Assembly (NCBI GenBank): GCA_030390025.1
Contig: CM059433.1
Location: 19,470,001 to 19,534,000 of the forward strand
Length of the DNA: 64,000 nt
Origin: Squalus acanthias
Lineage: Eukaryota
Direction: 5' to 3'
Positions within the stretch are counted from its first letter, which is position 1, and each line of letters starts with the position of its first letter. This document shows positions 63,963 through 64,000 of the stretch, one piece after another. Under the pieces are notes generated by a model. That model had not been told where the DNA came from and made no database searches. It saw only the letters and a program-made list of their open reading frames with translations. The translations under genes were made by a program, and so were the position numbers.

Positions 63963-64000
63963 GACGAACCACTGCTACCAAACCAAATGACTTCTCCTCC

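Overview
Repeat-dense vertebrate genomic DNA, most likely from a cartilaginous fish (inferred from abundant CR1 LINEs, SacSINE1-like DeuSINE pieces and Penelope ends). I could not support any host protein-coding exon, so the window reads as intergenic or intronic. Its dominant content is a large PIF/Harbinger-type DNA transposon family of about 16 copies. These form a deletion series from a near-complete two-gene element (spliced Myb/SANT gene converging on a HARBI1-like DDE transposase, 20783-23879) through Myb-retaining derivatives to 0.5-1.3 kb MITEs. Twelve copies have exact 3-bp target duplications, only one of which is TTA/TAA, and their flanks share a loosely palindromic target preference. 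Other contents: a full-length decayed Gypsy (Mag-like) LTR element nested inside one Harbinger and itself interrupted by a Harbinger MITE; about ten CR1 fragments; L2-type LINE ends with partner SINEs; a degenerate Penelope element plus two Penelope ends with minimal hammerhead ribozyme motifs; a Tigger-like MITE; a hAT-Blackjack-like element carrying a 35-bp minisatellite; a possible solo LTR; and a foldback palindrome. All alignments and counts were made by eye; no database search was run.
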